This document shows positions 11,406 through 20,662 of a stretch of DNA of 27,947 nucleotides, one piece after another. A program made the translations under genes and the position numbers. The notes under the pieces are model-generated. The model was not told where the DNA came from. It saw nothing but the letters and a program-made list of their open reading frames with translations, and did not search any database. Source of the stretch: Marinobacterium sp. Lineage in GTDB: Bacteria > Pseudomonadota > Gammaproteobacteria > Pseudomonadales > Balneatricaceae. Numbering within the stretch: position 1 is the stretch's first letter; each line of letters starts with the position of its first letter. The stretch spans positions 1 through 27,947 of the forward strand of contig JBFEXW010000003.1 of the NCBI GenBank assembly GCA_041562495.1, in the 5' to 3' direction.

Positions 11406-11484
11406 TCTAATTATCCGTTCGCTACTCTAGTGCTCTTAAAAGAGTTACACTTCCGTTTTATCAGGACCGCGTCCCGAATCTAAG

Positions 11485-11802
11485 ATGGAACATTCTAATA
11501 TGAGCTTAACTACCGAGCAAAAGAAACGACTGCGTTCAGTTGCACATACACTCAACCCTGTCGTCATGGTTGGCGGTAATGGACTATCAGAAAACGTACA
11601 GCTTGAGGTTGATCGGGCGCTCGATGATCATGAACTGATTAAGGTTAAGTTCGCCGTCGGGGACAGGGATCTGAAAAAACAACTGATTAAAGAGTTAATC
11701 GCTATTGTAGAAGCGGAACTGGTTCAGGAGATTGGTAATATCGCAGTGCTATATCGCCCTGCCGACGAACCCAATCCTAAATTATCCAACCTGATGCGGT
11801 AG
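11485..11802 (+). CDS. yhbY: CRS1/YhbY-family RNA-binding protein
   Basis: The ~100-aa product aligns with E. coli YhbY (LTTEQKKRLRSVAHTLNPVVMVGGNGLSENV...HELIKVKF). The true start may be the second ATG at 11500 (MSLTTEQ...). It is divergent from rlmE, as in E. coli. Confidence 0.85.
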   Translation: MEHSNMSLTTEQKKRLRSVAHTLNPVVMVGGNGLSENVQLEVDRALDDHELIKVKFAVGDRDLKKQLIKELIAIVEAELVQEIGNIAVLYRPADEPNPKLSNLMR

Positions 11803-11843
11803 CATCGGGCACGACACTTCCTGGTACCACTTCCCAAATCCGG

Positions 11844-11871
11844 ATCTGCAGTCGACATCTGCGCTGCAGAT
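11844..11871 (+). other. inverted repeat/hairpin in the yhbY-helicase intergenic region
   Basis: ATCTGCAG (11844..11851), a 12-nt loop, then CTGCAGAT (11864..11871). No U-run follows, so this is not a canonical terminator. It is a possible regulatory or processing stem-loop in the helicase 5' leader. Confidence 0.3.
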
Positions 11872-11894
11872 TCTTCCAAAATTTGAGTTAATCG

Positions 11895-13226
11895 ATGCAA
11901 TTTAATGAATTAGGCTTATCGCAGCCACTGCTCGATGCTATTGAGCATTCAGGCTACACCACGCCAACCCCAATTCAACAGACCGCTATCCCCGCCATTC
12001 TTCAGGGGAAAGATGTGATGGCAGCTGCCCAGACCGGCACCGGAAAAACCGCTGGTTTTACACTGCCCATCCTTGAACGCCTGAGTGCAGGACAGAGCGC
12101 CCGACCCAACCGGGTACGCACACTTATCCTGACCCCAACACGGGAACTCGCTGCCCAGGTTGGCGAAAGCGTAGCAACCTACGGTCGTTTTCTTAAACTC
12201 CGATCAACAGTGGTATACGGCGGTGTTAAGATCAATCCACAGATGATGGCTCTGCGAAAAGGCGCTGATATTCTGATCGCCACACCGGGCCGCCTGCTTG
12301 ATCTTCATCAGCAAAATGCCGTGCACTTTGACCAGATTGAGATGCTGGTACTGGATGAAGCCGATCGCATGCTTGATATGGGCTTTATCCATGACATCAA
12401 GCGGATTTTAAAACTACTTCCCACAAAGCGTCAGAACCTGCTGTTCTCAGCAACCTTTTCAGACTCCATCAAGACGCTGGCGAAAGAGCTGACAAACAAT
12501 CCGGTCGAGATCAGCGTTACACCGCAGAACAGCACCGCAAAAACAGTTAAGCAGTGGATTCATCCAGTTGATAAGAAACGTAAGTCGAAGCTTCTTATCA
12601 ATCTGATCAAAACCCATAACTGGTATCAGGTACTGATCTTTACCCGCACAAAACATGGTGCCAACAAGCTAACGCGTGAGCTGGACGAGGCCGGAATCAG
12701 TGCACTGGCGATCCATGGCAACAAGAGCCAGAACGCTCGCCTTAAAGCACTATCAGAGTTTAAGGATGGCAAGGTTCAGGCGCTGGTTGCGACCGATATT
12801 GCGGCCCGGGGTCTGGATATCGATCAACTGCCTCAGGTGGTCAACTTCGATCTACCAAACGTTGCAGAGGATTACGTACACCGAATCGGCCGAACTGGCC
12901 GGGCAGGCGCCACCGGACAAGCGATCTCTCTGGTTGCTGCAGACGAATTTGATAGTCTGACCAGCATAGAGCGCCTGATAGGGCGCCACCTTGAGCGAGA
13001 AGAGATAGAGGGGTTTGAACCCAGCCACAATCTGCCGGAAGCCAAGCCGCTGACCAGCAAGCCCCCACGTCATCGCCCTAAAAAACCAAAAACAGAGAAG
13101 CCTGAGCATAAGGATGGGCAGAAATCCCATTCATCCGCAAAGCGCTTTAGCAATTCGACAAAGCCAGCCAATCCCGGCGCCCGACGCAGACGCCGTCCAG
13201 CAGCCGCAAAGCCAGCGGGACGCTAA
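11895..13226 (+). CDS. DEAD-box ATP-dependent RNA helicase (RhlE-like) with a basic C-terminal tail
   Basis: 443 aa. Q-motif is GYTTPTPIQ, motif I AQTGTGKT, Ia PTRELA, II DEAD ([10 protein letters not shown]), [18 protein letters not shown]. The C-terminal ~70 aa are rich in Lys, Arg and Pro. Confidence 0.93.
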   Translation: MQFNELGLSQPLLDAIEHSGYTTPTPIQQTAIPAILQGKDVMAAAQTGTGKTAGFTLPILERLSAGQSARPNRVRTLILTPTRELAAQVGESVATYGRFLKLRSTVVYGGVKINPQMMALRKGADILIATPGRLLDLHQQNAVHFDQIEMLVLDEADRMLDMGFIHDIKRILKLLPTKRQNLLFSATFSDSIKTLAKELTNNPVEISVTPQNSTAKTVKQWIHPVDKKRKSKLLINLIKTHNWYQVLIFTRTKHGANKLTRELDEAGISALAIHGNKSQNARLKALSEFKDGKVQALVATDIAARGLDIDQLPQVVNFDLPNVAEDYVHRIGRTGRAGATGQAISLVAADEFDSLTSIERLIGRHLEREEIEGFEPSHNLPEAKPLTSKPPRHRPKKPKTEKPEHKDGQKSHSSAKRFSNSTKPANPGARRRRRPAAAKPAGR

Positions 13227-13256
13227 CAGATACAAAAAAGCCCGATCAATAGATCG
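13225..13256. terminator. bidirectional intrinsic terminator between the helicase (plus) and greA (minus)
   Basis: AAAAAA, then AGCCCGATC-aata-GATCGGGCT (9-bp perfect stem, 13230..13251), then TTTTT. An A-run precedes it and a T-run follows, so it should function on both strands. Confidence 0.8.
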
Positions 13257-13282
13257 GGCTTTTTACCAGAGAATCAGCAACC

Positions 13283-13765
13283 TTAGATATGCTGAACTTC
13301 TGAGATTTCATATTCGATCATACCACCCGGTGTTGTAACCGCTGCGATATCACCATCCTCTTTACCGATCAACGCACGCGCGATCGGTGAGTTCACGGAG
13401 ATCTTGGATTTTTTAATATCCGCCTCATCGTCACCTACAATCTTATAGGTAACCTCTTCCTCGGTATCAAGATTGATCAACTCAACAGTCGTACCAAAGA
13501 TCACCTTTCCGGTATGAGGAATGGTAGTAACATCAATCACCTGAGCTAGCGAAAGCTTAGATTCGATCTCACGAATACGCCCCTCAATAAAGCCCTGCTG
13601 TTCACGTGCAGCATGATACTCAGCATTCTCTTTCAGATCACCATGCTCACGCGCTTCAGCGATTGCAGCGATCACTTCCGGGCGATCTTTGGTTTTTAGG
13701 CGATCAAGCTCAGTACGCAGGCTCACTTCGCCCTCAACAGTCATGGGTACGCGATTAGTGCTCAT
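13283..13765 (-). CDS. greA: transcription elongation factor GreA
   Basis: 160 aa, highly similar to E. coli GreA ([36 protein letters not shown]...IVGDDEAD...[13 protein letters not shown]). The ATG overlaps the carB stop in an ATGA arrangement. Confidence 0.96.
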   Translation of the reverse strand: MSTNRVPMTVEGEVSLRTELDRLKTKDRPEVIAAIAEAREHGDLKENAEYHAAREQQGFIEGRIREIESKLSLAQVIDVTTIPHTGKVIFGTTVELINLDTEEEVTYKIVGDDEADIKKSKISVNSPIARALIGKEDGDIAAVTTPGGMIEYEISEVQHI

Positions 13766-16700
13766 GCATCTACTCCCTGATGGATATCCTGAAGACGACG
13801 CACTTCACGCTCTTCACCAAATTTCAGCGCTTCCGTAATTGCAACCGCACCAGTCAAGGTGGTGGTATAAGGCACCTTGTGCTGAAGTGCTGCACGACGG
13901 ATATCAGCAGAATCCGCAATCGCCTTACGACCTTCAGTCGTATTTACCACATAGGCAATATCACCGTTTTTCAGCATATCAACGATATTTGGACGGCCTT
14001 CAGTGACCTTATTAACAGTTTTTACATCCAATCCCTGCTCGGCAAGCAGTTTCGCTGTACCGCCGGTAGCAACCAGACTGAAGCCCAGAGTAGCCAGGGA
14101 TTTTGCGACCTCGACAGCACCTTGCTTATCTACATCACGCACAGAAATAAATGCCTGACCCGCCTTCGGCAGTTTCTCACCAGCCCCCATCTGAGCCTTC
14201 ATAAATGCTTCACCGAAGGTTTCACCTGTTCCCATCACCTCACCGGTAGATTTCATCTCTGGGCCAAGGATAGGGTCAACACCCGGGAACTTGTTGAATG
14301 GGAATACCGCTTCTTTAACGTTGAAGAACTTAGGTACGATCTCTTCAGTGAAACCGAGCTCTTCAAGCGATTTACCGGTCATCACCAGCGCAGCAATCTT
14401 CGCCAGAGATACACCGATACACTTGGATACGAAAGGCACGGTACGTGACGCACGTGGGTTAACCTCAATCACGTAGGTCTCACCATCCTGATACGCCAAC
14501 TGAACGTTCATCAAACCTATAACGCCCAGCTCAAGCGCCATCTTACGCACCATTTCGCGCATCTCATCCTGAACTTCGGATGACAGATTATATGGTGGCA
14601 GTGAACAAGCAGAGTCACCTGAGTGAACACCCGCCTGCTCGATGTGTTGCATGATCGCCCCAATCACAACCTGCTTACCGTCAGAAACGGCGTCAATATC
14701 CACCTCAATAGCGGCATTCAGGAAGTAATCAAGCAGTACGGGCGCTTCGTTAGATACCTGTACAGCTGTGTTCATGTAACGACGTAGCTCGTCCTCTTTG
14801 TAAACGATCTCCATTGCACGACCACCCAATACATAGGATGGACGCACGACCAGCGGATAGCCAATCTTATCAGCTTCAACGATCGCCTCTTCAAGACTGC
14901 GAACAGTCGCGTTTTCAGGCTGTTTCAGACCCAAACGCTTCAGCATCTGCTGGAACTGCTCACGGTCTTCGGCACGGTCAATCGCTTCAGGTGAAGTACC
15001 GATAATTGGCACACCTGCCTGCTCAAGCGCTACAGCCAGTTTCAGTGGAGTCTGGCCGCCGTACTGAACGATCACACCCTTAGGTTTCTCGACAGCAACG
15101 ATCTCGAGCACATCCTCCAGTGTAATTGGCTCAAAGTAGAGTCGATCAGAGGTGTCATAGTCGGTGGATACGGTTTCAGGGTTACAGTTAACCATGATCG
15201 TTTCGTAACCATCTTCGCGTGCAGCAAGCGCCGCATGCACACAGCAGTAGTCAAACTCGATACCCTGACCAATACGGTTAGGACCACCACCGATAACCAT
15301 GATCTTGTCACGATCCGTTGGGTTCGCTTCACACTCCTCTTCATAAGTGGAGTACATGTAGGCTGTATCAGTCGCAAACTCCGCCGCACAGGTATCAACG
15401 CGTTTGAACACCGGACGAATGTTCAGTCCCTGACGATGCTTACGGAACTGCTTCTCAGACACACCCAGAAGTTTAGCGAGACGACCATCAGAGAAACCTT
15501 TACGTTTCAGACGGAAGATATCATCGGCACTCAACTCACTCAGAGCCAGTTGCGAAACCCTCTGCTCATCTTTGATGATGTCTTCAAGCTGCACCAGGAA
15601 CCAGGGATCCACGCCGCTCAGCTTGTAGATCTCATCAACGCTCATACCGAGACGGAAAGCATCACCGATGTACCAGATACGCTGGAAGCCCGGCTGAGTC
15701 AGCTCATGGACAATCTCATCACGCGCATCTTCAGCATCCAGATCCACTACAGACTCAAAGCCTTCAGAACCGACTTCAAGACCACGCAGGGCTTTCTGCA
15801 GAGATTCCTGCTGGGTACGGCCGATCGCCATAACCTCACCCACAGACTTCATCTGAGTCGTCAGTCGATCATTCGCCTGAGGGAATTTTTCGAAAGTGAA
15901 GCGAGGAATTTTAGTAACAACGTAATCGATTGCCGGCTCGAAAGATGCAGGCGTACGACCACCGGTAATATCATTCTGCAGCTCATCCAGGGTGTAACCC
16001 ACTGCAAGCTTGGCAGCTATTTTTGCAATCGGGAAGCCGGTCGCTTTAGAAGCCAGCGCCGATGAACGCGAAACACGCGGGTTCATCTCGATAACAACCA
16101 TACGACCCGTCTTAGGATCAACACCAAACTGTACGTTTGAACCACCAGTTTCCACACCGATCTCACGCAGCACCGCGATCGATGCATCGCGCATCAGCTG
16201 GTATTCTTTGTCGGTCAGTGTCTGTGCAGGCGCAACAGTTATTGAGTCGCCGGTATGAACACCCATCGCATCAAAGTTTTCAATGGAGCAGATGATGATG
16301 CAGTTGTCGTTCTTATCGCGAACGACCTCCATCTCATACTCTTTCCAACCGATCAGCGACTCATCGATCAGCAGCTCATTGGTTGGCGACAGATCCAGAC
16401 CGCGCTCGCAGATCTCAATAAACTCTTCGCGGTTGTAGGCGATACCACCACCGGAACCACCCATAGTGAAGGATGGACGGATAATCGCAGGGAAACCAAC
16501 CTGATCGAGCACCTGCAGTGCCTCTTCCATCGAGTGAGCGATAGAGGCACGCGGACATTCCAGACCAATGTTTTTCATCGCCCTGTCGAAGCGTTCACGA
16601 TCTTCCGCTTTATCGATCGCATCCTGAGTCGCGCCGATCATCTCAACGTCGAACTTGGCCAGTACGCCTTCGCGATCGAGATCCAGCGCACAGTTCAGCG

Positions 16701-16983
16701 CAGTCTGCCCACCCATCGTTGGCAGCAGTGCATCCGGACGCTCTTTTTCGATAATTTTGGCAACCGTCTTCCAGTTGATCGGCTCGATGTATGTCGCATC
16801 AGCCATCGCCGGATCGGTCATGATGGTCGCTGGGTTGGAGTTAACCAGAATTACCCGGTAACCCTCTTCACGCAGTGCTTTACAAGCCTGAGCACCGGAA
16901 TAATCGAACTCACACGCCTGTCCGATAACAATTGGACCGGCGCCGAGGATCAGAATACTTTGAATGTCCGTACGTTTTGGCAT
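13762..16983 (-). CDS. carB: carbamoyl-phosphate synthase large subunit
   Basis: 1073 aa with duplicated ATP-grasp halves, an oligomerisation domain and a C-terminal MGS-like domain. Strongly conserved throughout. Confidence 0.98.
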   Translation of the reverse strand: MPKRTDIQSILILGAGPIVIGQACEFDYSGAQACKALREEGYRVILVNSNPATIMTDPAMADATYIEPINWKTVAKIIEKERPDALLPTMGGQTALNCALDLDREGVLAKFDVEMIGATQDAIDKAEDRERFDRAMKNIGLECPRASIAHSMEEALQVLDQVGFPAIIRPSFTMGGSGGGIAYNREEFIEICERGLDLSPTNELLIDESLIGWKEYEMEVVRDKNDNCIIICSIENFDAMGVHTGDSITVAPAQTLTDKEYQLMRDASIAVLREIGVETGGSNVQFGVDPKTGRMVVIEMNPRVSRSSALASKATGFPIAKIAAKLAVGYTLDELQNDITGGRTPASFEPAIDYVVTKIPRFTFEKFPQANDRLTTQMKSVGEVMAIGRTQQESLQKALRGLEVGSEGFESVVDLDAEDARDEIVHELTQPGFQRIWYIGDAFRLGMSVDEIYKLSGVDPWFLVQLEDIIKDEQRVSQLALSELSADDIFRLKRKGFSDGRLAKLLGVSEKQFRKHRQGLNIRPVFKRVDTCAAEFATDTAYMYSTYEEECEANPTDRDKIMVIGGGPNRIGQGIEFDYCCVHAALAAREDGYETIMVNCNPETVSTDYDTSDRLYFEPITLEDVLEIVAVEKPKGVIVQYGGQTPLKLAVALEQAGVPIIGTSPEAIDRAEDREQFQQMLKRLGLKQPENATVRSLEEAIVEADKIGYPLVVRPSYVLGGRAMEIVYKEDELRRYMNTAVQVSNEAPVLLDYFLNAAIEVDIDAVSDGKQVVIGAIMQHIEQAGVHSGDSACSLPPYNLSSEVQDEMREMVRKMALELGVIGLMNVQLAYQDGETYVIEVNPRASRTVPFVSKCIGVSLAKIAALVMTGKSLEELGFTEEIVPKFFNVKEAVFPFNKFPGVDPILGPEMKSTGEVMGTGETFGEAFMKAQMGAGEKLPKAGQAFISVRDVDKQGAVEVAKSLATLGFSLVATGGTAKLLAEQGLDVKTVNKVTEGRPNIVDMLKNGDIAYVVNTTEGRKAIADSADIRRAALQHKVPYTTTLTGAVAITEALKFGEEREVRRLQDIHQGVDA

Positions 16984-17033
16984 CTGTAATAACCGTAATA
17001 GTCTTTGTCTGTATCTCTAATGACTCAACGCGC

Positions 17034-18173
17034 TCAGCCCTGCAGGCGAGCACGCATATTCTCTACGAAGCGATCGAACAAAGGTGCCACATCATGTGGA
17101 CCCGGGCTCGCTTCCGGATGCCCCTGGAAGCTGAATGCCGGGCGATCAGTACGCTCGATACCCTGCAGGGATCCATCAAAGAGAGACTTGTGTGTTGCGC
17201 GAATATTCGCTGGCAGAGAATTTTCTGCCACCGCAAAACCGTGGTTCTGACTGGTGATCATCACGTGCTTGGAATCCAGATCCTGTACAGGGTGGTTCGC
17301 ACCGTGGTGACCAAACTTCATCTTCTCAGTCTTGGCACCTGACGCAAGCGCGAGCAACTGATGACCCAGACAGATACCAAATACAGGAATCTCTGTTTTC
17401 AGAATTTCGCTGATCGCTTCAATCGCGTAATCACAGGGCTCCGGATCACCAGGACCGTTAGACAGGAATACACCGTCAGGATTCATCGCCAAAACATCCG
17501 CAGCCGGAGTCTGAGCAGGCACAACCGTCAGGCGGCAACCGCGCTCAACCAGCATACGCAGGATGTTGTGCTTCACGCCAAAGTCATAGGCAACTACGTG
17601 GAACGCCTGGTCAGCATCCGCCTTCTCGGCATAGCCTTCACCCAGCGCCCAGGTAGAGGTACGCCAGTTATCTGTTTCAGTACGGGTAACCACCTTAGCA
17701 AGGTCCATCCCCTTCAGACCGGGGAAGTTGCGCGCCGCTTCAACTGCTTTTGCCTCATCGATATTTTCACCCGCCATGATGCAACCGTTCTGCGCACCCT
17801 TTTCACGCAGAATGCGTGTCAGACGACGTGTATCGATATCTGCGATACCAAGAATGTTACGCTCTTTAAGATAGGCATCGAGCGCCTGTTCATTACGGAA
17901 GTTGCTGGCGATCAATGGCAGATCTCGAATTACAAGACCAGCAACCCAGGTACGATCAGATTCAGCATCTTCAGCGTTACAGCCGACGTTGCCGATATGA
18001 GGATAGGTCAGTGTAACAATCTGACGGCAGTATGAGGGATCGGTGAGTATCTCCTGATAACCGGTCATCGAGGTGTTAAACACTACTTCACCGGTGGACT
18101 CACCCTCGGCGCCAATCGATATCCCTCTAAAAATCGAACCATCTTCAAGGGCTAGAATGGCTGGCTGCGTCAA
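17034..18173 (-). CDS. carA: carbamoyl-phosphate synthase small (glutamine amidotransferase) subunit
   Basis: Strong identity to E. coli CarA ([21 protein letters not shown]; catalytic GICLGHQLL). The ORF-track start (TTG 18191) is probably an artefact. The likely start is TTG 18173..18171, which gives [12 protein letters not shown] and aligns with E. coli MIKSALLVLEDG. A GGGGAGG Shine-Dalgarno lies 5 nt upstream. E. coli carA also starts with UUG. Confidence 0.93.
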   Translation of the reverse strand: MTQPAILALEDGSIFRGISIGAEGESTGEVVFNTSMTGYQEILTDPSYCRQIVTLTYPHIGNVGCNAEDAESDRTWVAGLVIRDLPLIASNFRNEQALDAYLKERNILGIADIDTRRLTRILREKGAQNGCIMAGENIDEAKAVEAARNFPGLKGMDLAKVVTRTETDNWRTSTWALGEGYAEKADADQAFHVVAYDFGVKHNILRMLVERGCRLTVVPAQTPAADVLAMNPDGVFLSNGPGDPEPCDYAIEAISEILKTEIPVFGICLGHQLLALASGAKTEKMKFGHHGANHPVQDLDSKHVMITSQNHGFAVAENSLPANIRATHKSLFDGSLQGIERTDRPAFSFQGHPEASPGPHDVAPLFDRFVENMRARLQG

Positions 18174-18224
18174 TTGAACCTCCCCGCGCAAGCGCTGAAA
18201 ACAAAGAATAACTTAGGCATAGTT

Positions 18225-18262
18225 GTAAAAAAGCGAGGCTAAACTCCAGGTTCACCTCGCTT
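18225..18262 (-). terminator. intrinsic terminator 50 nt upstream of the carA start (candidate attenuator, and terminator for mepK)
   Basis: Minus-strand RNA reads AAGCGAGG-(16-nt loop with internal AAC/GUU pairing)-CCUCGCUU followed by UUUUUU AC. Plus-strand arms are 18231..18238 and 18255..18262. Confidence 0.65.
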
Positions 18263-18301
18263 TAAAATTCTGCCGTTGGGATAGGATGCCAACAGAATCA
18301 T
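18239..18301 (-). CDS. candidate 20-aa leader peptide (MILLASYPNGRILKRGEPGV) overlapping the carA attenuator hairpin
   Basis: The ATG at 18301 lies about 15 nt downstream of the predicted transcription start of the upstream promoter. The stop codon (UAG) falls inside the terminator loop, and the frame runs through the 5' arm of the hairpin. The Shine-Dalgarno is weak (AGG at -13). This is hypothetical. Confidence 0.3.
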   Translation of the reverse strand: MILLASYPNGRILKRGEPGV

Positions 18302-18317
18302 TGGCAAAACCTGCTGT

Positions 18318-18346
18318 ATTTTAATTGAAACCCTTAAAGCTGTCCA
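18318..18346 (-). promoter_or_regulatory. sigma70-like promoter for the carA leader
   Basis: Minus strand reads TGGACA (-35, plus 18341..18346), a 17-nt spacer, then TAAAAT (-10, plus 18318..18323). A 12-bp palindrome TGATTCCAATCA at about 18379..18390 lies just upstream. Confidence 0.45.
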
Positions 18347-18398
18347 CGCGAAACTCAGTTAAGCGCCAGACTATGGCCTGATTGGAATCACAGCCATG

Positions 18399-18971
18399 TC
18401 AACTTCCCCAGGTACGCACCCGTCCCGTATCCACATGGATAAAGTTGGAGCGGCTATAAAGCCCTACTCCACCAACCTTCGCCTGTAATGCGGCCTGGTG
18501 CAGATGTTTCAGATCAACACCCGCCAGACGTATATCGATAGCCTGTCCCTGCATATGCAGACTCTTTTTCGCGACGCCGGAGCTTGAGTGGCGCAGCATC
18601 TCATTGGTTTTTGGTGAGCGATAGGCCGAAATGATCTCAAATGAGCCTTTGGACCCAAGCTTTGTCTGCAGTCCATAGAGAAGATCAAACAGCCTGGGAT
18701 CAATTCTATGATGCTCACCAGTACGAAAATCACGCAGCAGCTGATTGATCTCTCTCAAGGATTCAGGAACATATTGCCCCGCTTCCCAGTAGGTCAGTTT
18801 TAACTTCTCACCTGTATGCAGATGGTGAAACGAGAGCTGACGATCAGCACTCTGCGCTGCCTGGCTCAGGCCCGGAAATGCGATCCCGGCAGAAACAGCT
18901 GCACAACTTTTAATAAAATCACGACGTGAAAATACGCCGCTCGCCACGTCGCGAGCAAACTTCTCAGACAT
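18399..18971 (-). CDS. mepK: Tat-exported peptidoglycan L,D-endopeptidase, YcbK/MepK family (DUF882, peptidase M15-like)
   Basis: 190 aa with a twin-arginine motif SRRDFIKS followed by a hydrophobic segment. The conserved C-terminal region aligns with E. coli YcbK (AYRSPKTNEMLR, GVAKKSLHMQGQAIDI, GGVGLYSRSNFIHVDTGRVRTW). It lies downstream of a ycbB-like gene, as in E. coli. A strong Shine-Dalgarno (GGGGGAGAGGG) is present. Confidence 0.88.
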   Translation of the reverse strand: MSEKFARDVASGVFSRRDFIKSCAAVSAGIAFPGLSQAAQSADRQLSFHHLHTGEKLKLTYWEAGQYVPESLREINQLLRDFRTGEHHRIDPRLFDLLYGLQTKLGSKGSFEIISAYRSPKTNEMLRHSSSGVAKKSLHMQGQAIDIRLAGVDLKHLHQAALQAKVGGVGLYSRSNFIHVDTGRVRTWGS

Positions 18972-19098
18972 CCCTCTCCCCCAAGGTAGACTGCGAATAA
19001 CACAAACTACAGATCAGGTGCTAAAGCTCAGGCTTAGCTACCTACAATTAACAATTGTTCAAATATTAGCCAATATAATACCGAATGGGTAGCATTTT

Positions 19099-20598
19099 TT
19101 AGCGCCGAGCGGCCGTGGTCAACGATCCCTGATTCAGACGCTGAGCCACAAGACGGTCGATGTCATAGATATCATCCCGCATTTGAAGACCGCCACTTTC
19201 ATCTACCCAAGTGCGCATATAAATCAGATAAACCGGCAGAGGTTTTGGCAGACGCAACCACTGAGTCTTAGTGTCTGATAACAGAGGCACTAGCTGATCA
19301 GCCCGAGTACCCAGAATCGACCGAGCCAGAGCACTGACATTCTGCACGCGAATACAACCTGAACTGAAGGCTCTCTGCGCCTCATCAAACAGCTCTTTAT
19401 GAGGTGTATCATGAAGATAGATCGCATAGGGGTTTGGCATATAAAACTTCAGCTGCCCCAGCGCATTGCCCGGGCCGGGGCTCTGTACCAGCCGCACCGA
19501 CTGTCCGGACGCTGACAGATCAGACCAGTTGATCTGCGCCGAATCCACAGCCTGCCAATGGCCATCTTGCCAGATCTGAACAGCGATCTGCTGACGCGAC
19601 AGATACTCGGGATCATTAATGATCTTCGGTATCAGATCCCGAACCATAATGCGGACAGGCACCGTCCAGTCCGGATTAACCACAAGCTGCTCAACCTGAG
19701 CCGCAAAGCTGTTACTCGGACGTGTTTTACGCCCACTGATACTCTTATAGCGCTCCAGAACCTGATTATCCGGACCTACAAGGCGTACCTCAAAGCCCGG
19801 CGTTAACACCATCAGGTATTCTGGACCCAGATTTCGGGGTAACCAGCGCCAACGCTCCAGCGCCACCCGAATCTGCGCAATACGCTCATCTTGAGACTGG
19901 TTTAACCCTGAGAGCGTATCGGGACCCGCTATACCATCAGCCTCCAGACCATGCGTTTTCTGGAACTGCTTCAACGCCACGTCTAGAGCCTGATCAAAAA
20001 GTCTCGGAGCCAGCCGAGTAGTCTCATCCTGTTGCAGATAACCGAGCCACTCAAGACGCTTCCTGATCTGCTCAATCGCGGGAGCGGAATCCCCAAGCCT
20101 GATCAGACCTTTAAAGTTAACGGCAGCGGGCTCAGCTGCGCGTTTTTTCTCGATACCCAGCGCATCAACCAGCGCCAGATAATCAGGGTGAGAGGGCAGA
20201 AGGCTGGAAAGCCCCTTAAGGAGGTCTGGCGCACGCAACGCCTTGAGATACTCCGCATCAATATCGGCTTGAGGCACAGGATATGACCACAAGGGATCAA
20301 CAGAGGGATTAATTTGCCCCTTAGAAAACCAACCAATCAGGGTTTTCAGGACTCGATTCTGCGCAGCATCCAACTGAGCATCAGTCTGCGCATTTTGTAA
20401 CTCAAGCCGCAGACTCTGTGTATCAAAACCCTGCCGATCTGCCAGCTCAACCGCCGAGATCAGATCAAGGCCACGCTGAGATGGCAGAGATCGATCGTCA
20501 TTAACCCAGACTGACGCCTGCGCAATACCTGTCACAAAAAACAGTGCGAAGAGTGAAACTCTGCACAGGATCTGAACTGCCAACTGTCGCAATGCCAT
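19099..20598 (-). CDS. L,D-transpeptidase (YcbB/LdtD-like) with PG-binding domain and signal peptide
   Basis: 499 aa with an N-terminal signal peptide. A peptidoglycan-binding repeat is present (LKQFQKTHGLEADGIAGPDTLSGLN). The YkuD catalytic motif is HDTPHKELFDEAQRAFSSGCIRVQN (His and Cys). Confidence 0.88.
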   Translation of the reverse strand: MALRQLAVQILCRVSLFALFFVTGIAQASVWVNDDRSLPSQRGLDLISAVELADRQGFDTQSLRLELQNAQTDAQLDAAQNRVLKTLIGWFSKGQINPSVDPLWSYPVPQADIDAEYLKALRAPDLLKGLSSLLPSHPDYLALVDALGIEKKRAAEPAAVNFKGLIRLGDSAPAIEQIRKRLEWLGYLQQDETTRLAPRLFDQALDVALKQFQKTHGLEADGIAGPDTLSGLNQSQDERIAQIRVALERWRWLPRNLGPEYLMVLTPGFEVRLVGPDNQVLERYKSISGRKTRPSNSFAAQVEQLVVNPDWTVPVRIMVRDLIPKIINDPEYLSRQQIAVQIWQDGHWQAVDSAQINWSDLSASGQSVRLVQSPGPGNALGQLKFYMPNPYAIYLHDTPHKELFDEAQRAFSSGCIRVQNVSALARSILGTRADQLVPLLSDTKTQWLRLPKPLPVYLIYMRTWVDESGGLQMRDDIYDIDRLVAQRLNQGSLTTAARR

Positions 20599-20662
20599 AC
20601 ACCAATCCTTACCCCACCCAAATACTAAAGGGGTAAATTTCAGTGTAGCTCAGGCGATAAAC

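Noticed and set aside
11406-11484. Possible sigma32 heat-shock promoter upstream of rlmE-ftsH
   Set aside because: E. coli has a sigma32 promoter upstream of this operon. Here I could not find a convincing CTTGAAA-N13-15-CCCCATNT match in the 79-nt divergent region, so I make no call.
13780-16989. Long plus-strand ORFs inside carB (13780..14448, 222 aa; 15235..16065, 276 aa; 16255..16989, 244 aa)
   Set aside because: They lie antisense to a strongly conserved 1073-aa carB reading frame. Their translations are low-complexity and Arg/Thr/His-rich with no recognisable motifs, which is the typical shadow-ORF signature.
17034-18191. ORF-track start of carA at TTG 18191
   Set aside because: It has no Shine-Dalgarno, and the 6-codon extension has no counterpart in CarA. 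The TTG at 18173, with its GGGGAGG Shine-Dalgarno, aligns with the E. coli N-terminus.
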